Shown in pieces: positions 60,112 through 64,000 of a stretch of 64,000 nucleotides of DNA. How positions within the stretch are numbered: position 1 is the stretch's first letter; each line of letters starts with the position of its first letter. This DNA comes from Klebsormidium nitens (lineage: Eukaryota > Plantae > Klebsormidiophyceae), in assembly GCA_000708835.1 (NCBI GenBank), contig DF236959.1:164938-228937 (forward strand). The letters run 5' to 3'. Under the pieces are notes generated by a model. The model was not told the DNA's origin. It saw only the letters and a list, made by a program, of their open reading frames with translations, and ran no database searches. Made by a program: the position numbers and the translations under genes.

Positions 60112-63100
60112 CTACCTCAGTATGGCTGTCTTCAAAGCGCCCAACACTGTTCTCACGATTGGGTTCCGGTCGTCCAGCACCAGGCGGAAGAGCGGAATTT
60201 TGTCGAGTACCATCCCGAAGATGTCCGGCCCTACCCGCCCTCGTACGAACTTGATCAGCAGGTACGCTATGGCCATCGTTTGTACCGGGTCAACTCCGAG
60301 TTTCTTGATGATGTTCACCGCCAGCTTTCATGAAACGAAAGGCAACAAAGTGAGAAACTTCTCAGATTACCAATACAATAAGGAAGTGTGCAAAGAGAAG
60401 AAGTGACGGTGAACCTCACAAGATGGAAAAGAATTTGATTGACTAGGTCTTACGCGTCTGCTGGTCAAGGAGCCCTGTTGAACGACAATGAATTGTCGTG
60501 GTACTTTACAAAGGCAACCGCACACAGCTGTACGTGACGCAGTCCGTTATAAGGGAGTGAACATTGATTGATTAACCGACCTGGAAGATCCTGTAACAGG
60601 GTATCATCTCGACGCCTATCTCCACACCAGAGTGTCGGACGACTTCACACAACATCTCCGTCTCATCAAAGTGGTGACACAAAACGTAGGTTCTGAGCTG
60701 GTCAACCTTGAAGAATCTCTAATTAAACGTTGCATTGATTAACCTCGACAACAACTACCGGCTTGATGTCCAGTGTCGATGACAGAGGCGATCTGAGTAC
60801 TTTCCATCGGTTTCACCGTCAAGTAGCCTTGCGAATGACAGCGGCTGGAAGGTACCCAGTCGAAGGTAACAGCGACTGAAGTCCGACAAGATATCATTGC
60901 CTCACAAAATCCGTCACCCTCTAGAGCTTACATCGAAGGAGACAAAACCTCGTAGAAGAAAAACTTGTCCAGAGACAGAACCAATCACCGAGTCCGCACC
61001 TTAAGTTCGCCAATCCCAAGGAAGCTCTTCAGCAGCAAGTGCCCGACCGTTGATGCCACGCCTCCCCGAAGCCACCCCCCCGACTTCTTCTCCGACCGCC
61101 GCCGCTCCTCTTCTTCGTATCTGTCGTCTCTCCTATCCTCTTCGTACCTCGTATCATACTTCGGCCGCCGCTCCTCCTCGTACCCCCCTCCGTTACGCCT
61201 GTCGTTCCCATCCCCCCCAACAACGTCCCCCAAAATGTCTCCCAACTTTCCACCGAGGCCCCCCCCTGAGGACCGAGACCGCTTGTCGCCGCCCCCCCCG
61301 AAGATGTCACCCAAAATGTCCCCCCCGGACTTCTTCTTCGGCTCCTCTCTTCCACCCAAGATATCACCGAGCACGTCGCCCAGACCCCCTCCGGACTGCC
61401 GCGATGAACCGTGGGTGTCGCCCATGAGAATGTCGCGCGCAGTCGCTTTCCAGTCGGTCAGATCGGGAAACTGCAAAAATTCGAACGAGTTGTTTCAAAC
61501 GGGGATCGTCTTTCAGGTAGGTTAGGTGGGCTGGTCCTTTCAAAGCCCGTTTTGTTTTGAGAATCACTCTGGCTGTGAGCCCACTTTGCCAAGTGCATGC
61601 CTTTACTGTTTTCCTGTGTTCAGTTCATTCCATGGCAACTTTTTCCACACTTTTTGCTTAGCCTGTCTTGTCCCCTGCTTTTACACAGTCGCCTGGCTCA
61701 GCGAAACTGCAAAACAGAGTTGCGCTCAGATGAAGCAGAAAGAAAGGCCCAGGGTTTGACCTCAAGCAGACTGATACTTGCCAATTCAGAGCTGTTCTCG
61801 ATTAGGGGGTTGCATTGATTGTCTGATCACGGGTGCACTATTCTTTCAGGCACGTTCTCACCTGGCTTTTTTTGCGGAGGAGCCAAGTTGCCTTGTTGCT
61901 GATTCTTCTCAAAGTCCATCTATCTACCATACGACCAGTTCTAGCTGTTTACGCCTCCACAAAACAGCCATAGCATTCGGAGTCCCTAACATCCACACGG
62001 ACCAGATTGTTGGCAGTACATCATCTGGCTTCACTGCAAGCATGTCGATCGAAAACAAATATGACAGCTCGCTGAACCCTGTTGCGTCAGGTTCAAAGTT
62101 TCGTTCGAAAACGGGAGTCTCCGAAGGTGGCTGAACTTACTGCAGAGGAAAACTTCTGCGCCTCAGAGTTCCCGTACTCCTTCTCCATGACCTGGCTGAC
62201 ACCGTCCAGCATGGCGCCAGTCAGCGCCCGGGCCTGCAGAACGCAGATGGTGTCAACAGCCTTCCCCAGTTATCTAAAAAGCAAGTGCTTTGCTCTGCAA
62301 CGCATTGTTCCAAACCCTGTAAGCTGATGAGACTTTGTGCAGGAAAACGGTTGCACGGTGTTGCCACAGATATGAGCTGGACCAGCATAAGATTATGAAT
62401 AAATTGAACATGCTTCTGCTACATAAGCTATGCATTCAAAACCAGTCTTCTAAACTGAGCTGTCCACACGTTCAAAACAATCCAAGACCTTCCCAATAAC
62501 CTGCGGTTTGGTCGCGAATCAAGTTTTTCGTGAGGCCTTGCAATCTTGATAAACTTGAAGTTTTGCAATATCAGCCTCTGAAGCACTCCAAACATATAGA
62601 ATCAGGCGTTCCCCCATCATCAAAATGGTAAGCTACTCAAGGACCCCAAACTATAGTAAAAGCATCCGGGCACGCCTCCATCGCGTCAGTGGGCGGGTAT
62701 ACAAAAACATGCCTTCTAGTGGATTCTCTAGGATGACTGCAGCAAATGGTAGGATCGAAAACGAGCTGTCTCACCTCCTTCTCATTCAACCCCAAGTGCC
62801 CAACTAGACTGCCAATGATGTCTTCCTCCGGAGCGGGGGGGCTGCCGCTTTTCTGCAAGGCAGCACATGGGCGCAGAGACTGGCGTCGTGGCTGCTTCAG
62901 AGATGGTCTATGTGAACCTGGAAGGGTGCGCCCAGAGAAAGCCGGCACTTCCTCTGATGGCAAAGTGCGGTGGTCCTTCGTGAGGTAGGCTGACGGAGAG
63001 GTAGCTGCGAGACAGAATAGTGTGAGGTTTCGTATTCTTATTATGTACCAAGCTGCGTGACTCATATCACCAGGTGCTTCAGCATCGGAAGGCTGTTCTC

Positions 63101-63927
63101 ACCAATATCTTCCCATCGATATCTTGAAAGGAGGGGCCTCATGTAAACTTAGACAGGGCAACTTGATCAGAAGAATCCAAGATATGACTTGTTTTATAAA
63201 TGGATGTAACAATCAAAAGGAAGGGGTTGCAAAATACTGCCACCCAATTCCCACTAACAAGCAGGTAATCGTCACTCTGCACAAAACATTCTTGATTCTG
63301 CCAGCTCCACACAGAGACAGAGTCCCACTGGAAATGTTCAGAGAACTGGACCTGGCCATTCCCAAGCTCACTAACCAATTGCTGTGAATCACAGGTTCTG
63401 CGAAGTTTGAATTGAAATTGATGGGCCTTTCTGAGATCCAACGTAAAGGGCGCTGACAAGGATTCTGGTCAATGAAGGCAACAACAATTACTTTGAGTCA
63501 AACGAACAAAGTGATGGGCAGCAAGAAGTGGAGTGCAGAGGAAAAATCATGCATGCACTTGTGGGACACTGCCAAAGCTTCTATGAAACATTTCCTGTAC
63601 AGGGCATTCAAACCTTGGGATTTGTAATGTTGAAGTCCGTATGGAGTCCTTCACCTGCTGCAATTTCTACTTTTGACACGCACATGTGCATGCAAGTCTT
63701 TCACCAGTGATCCCGCCATGTTGAATCACGGTGAAAAAACCAAAAAATGAGGGCACAGCAAGCAAAACGTAGATAGTGGCTTTTCCGCTGGAGCACTCAC
63801 CCAAAACTGGCTGATGCGTGCATGCAGAATGCTGGTGGTCAAATCTGGTCTTCACAGCTGATCCGCCACTGCTATGCAGAAGAGATGCAGCTGCGCCTGG
63901 TTGCCGGAGAACACGAGAGGTCGCCAT
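60112..63927 (-). CDS. DUF2780-like (bacterial-type helical) protein with a transit-peptide-like N-terminus and Gly/Asp/Arg-rich insert, 377 aa; exons 63927-63801, 63004-62775, 62233-62141, 61470-61000, 60324-60112
   Basis: The five exons are phase-consistent (1134 nt). The core is EDIIGSLVGHLGLNEKE|ARALTGAMLDGVSQVMEKEYGNSEAQKFSSA|FPDL...GGGLGDVLGDILGG...|LAVNIIKKLGVDPVQTMAIAYLLIKFVRGRVGPDIFGMVLDKIP. This resembles my recollection of DUF2780 (L..LGv...qA..gaG.ll...; ..KLG.d..m....i..fv....G.di...l.k). Confidence 0.7.
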
Positions 63928-64000
63928 GACTTCGAACCGAACCCGTACCTGAAGCTACCTCTTCCTGAAGGGGGCAATCAGAGCGCTGTCCTTCCACCCT

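Noticed and set aside
59971-60406. Plus-strand ORFs after a TATATAAA at ~60000
   Set aside because: They lie antisense to the phase-consistent last exon of the DUF2780-like gene and show no recognisable protein. The TATA-like tract may be 3' UTR sequence.

Overview
This is a eukaryotic, intron-rich (GT-AG) window. Gene content and style suggest a streptophyte green alga such as Klebsormidium (inference, not verified). I reconstructed phase-consistent exon chains by hand for eight genes: (1) the 3' part of a transglycosylase SLT-like protein with tandem domains, (2) mitoribosomal mL40, (3) a nucleus-encoded bacterial-type HU, (4) a RING-H2 E3 ligase, (5) a 1623-aa synergin-gamma-like trafficking protein, (6) a secreted DsbA/thioredoxin-like protein, (7) a 16-exon CHR12/MINU-type SNF2 remodeller, and (8) a 5-exon DUF2780-like bacterial-type protein with a transit-peptide-like leader. 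There is also an unassigned multi-exon gene (~9-13.7 kb), an intronless protein with four CxxC..CxxC repeats, and an orphan ORF. Non-coding features are a PIF/Harbinger-like MITE, a ~1.4-kb foldback-like element with a dense GTAC cluster, and a 479-N gap flanked by a perfect 16-bp inverted repeat. The most unusual pattern is recurrent 'exon echoes': decayed copies of splice junction plus exon end sit in the adjacent intron at 9 boundaries in three genes. One of these diverges almost only at third codon positions. No rRNA, tRNA or CRISPR array was seen.
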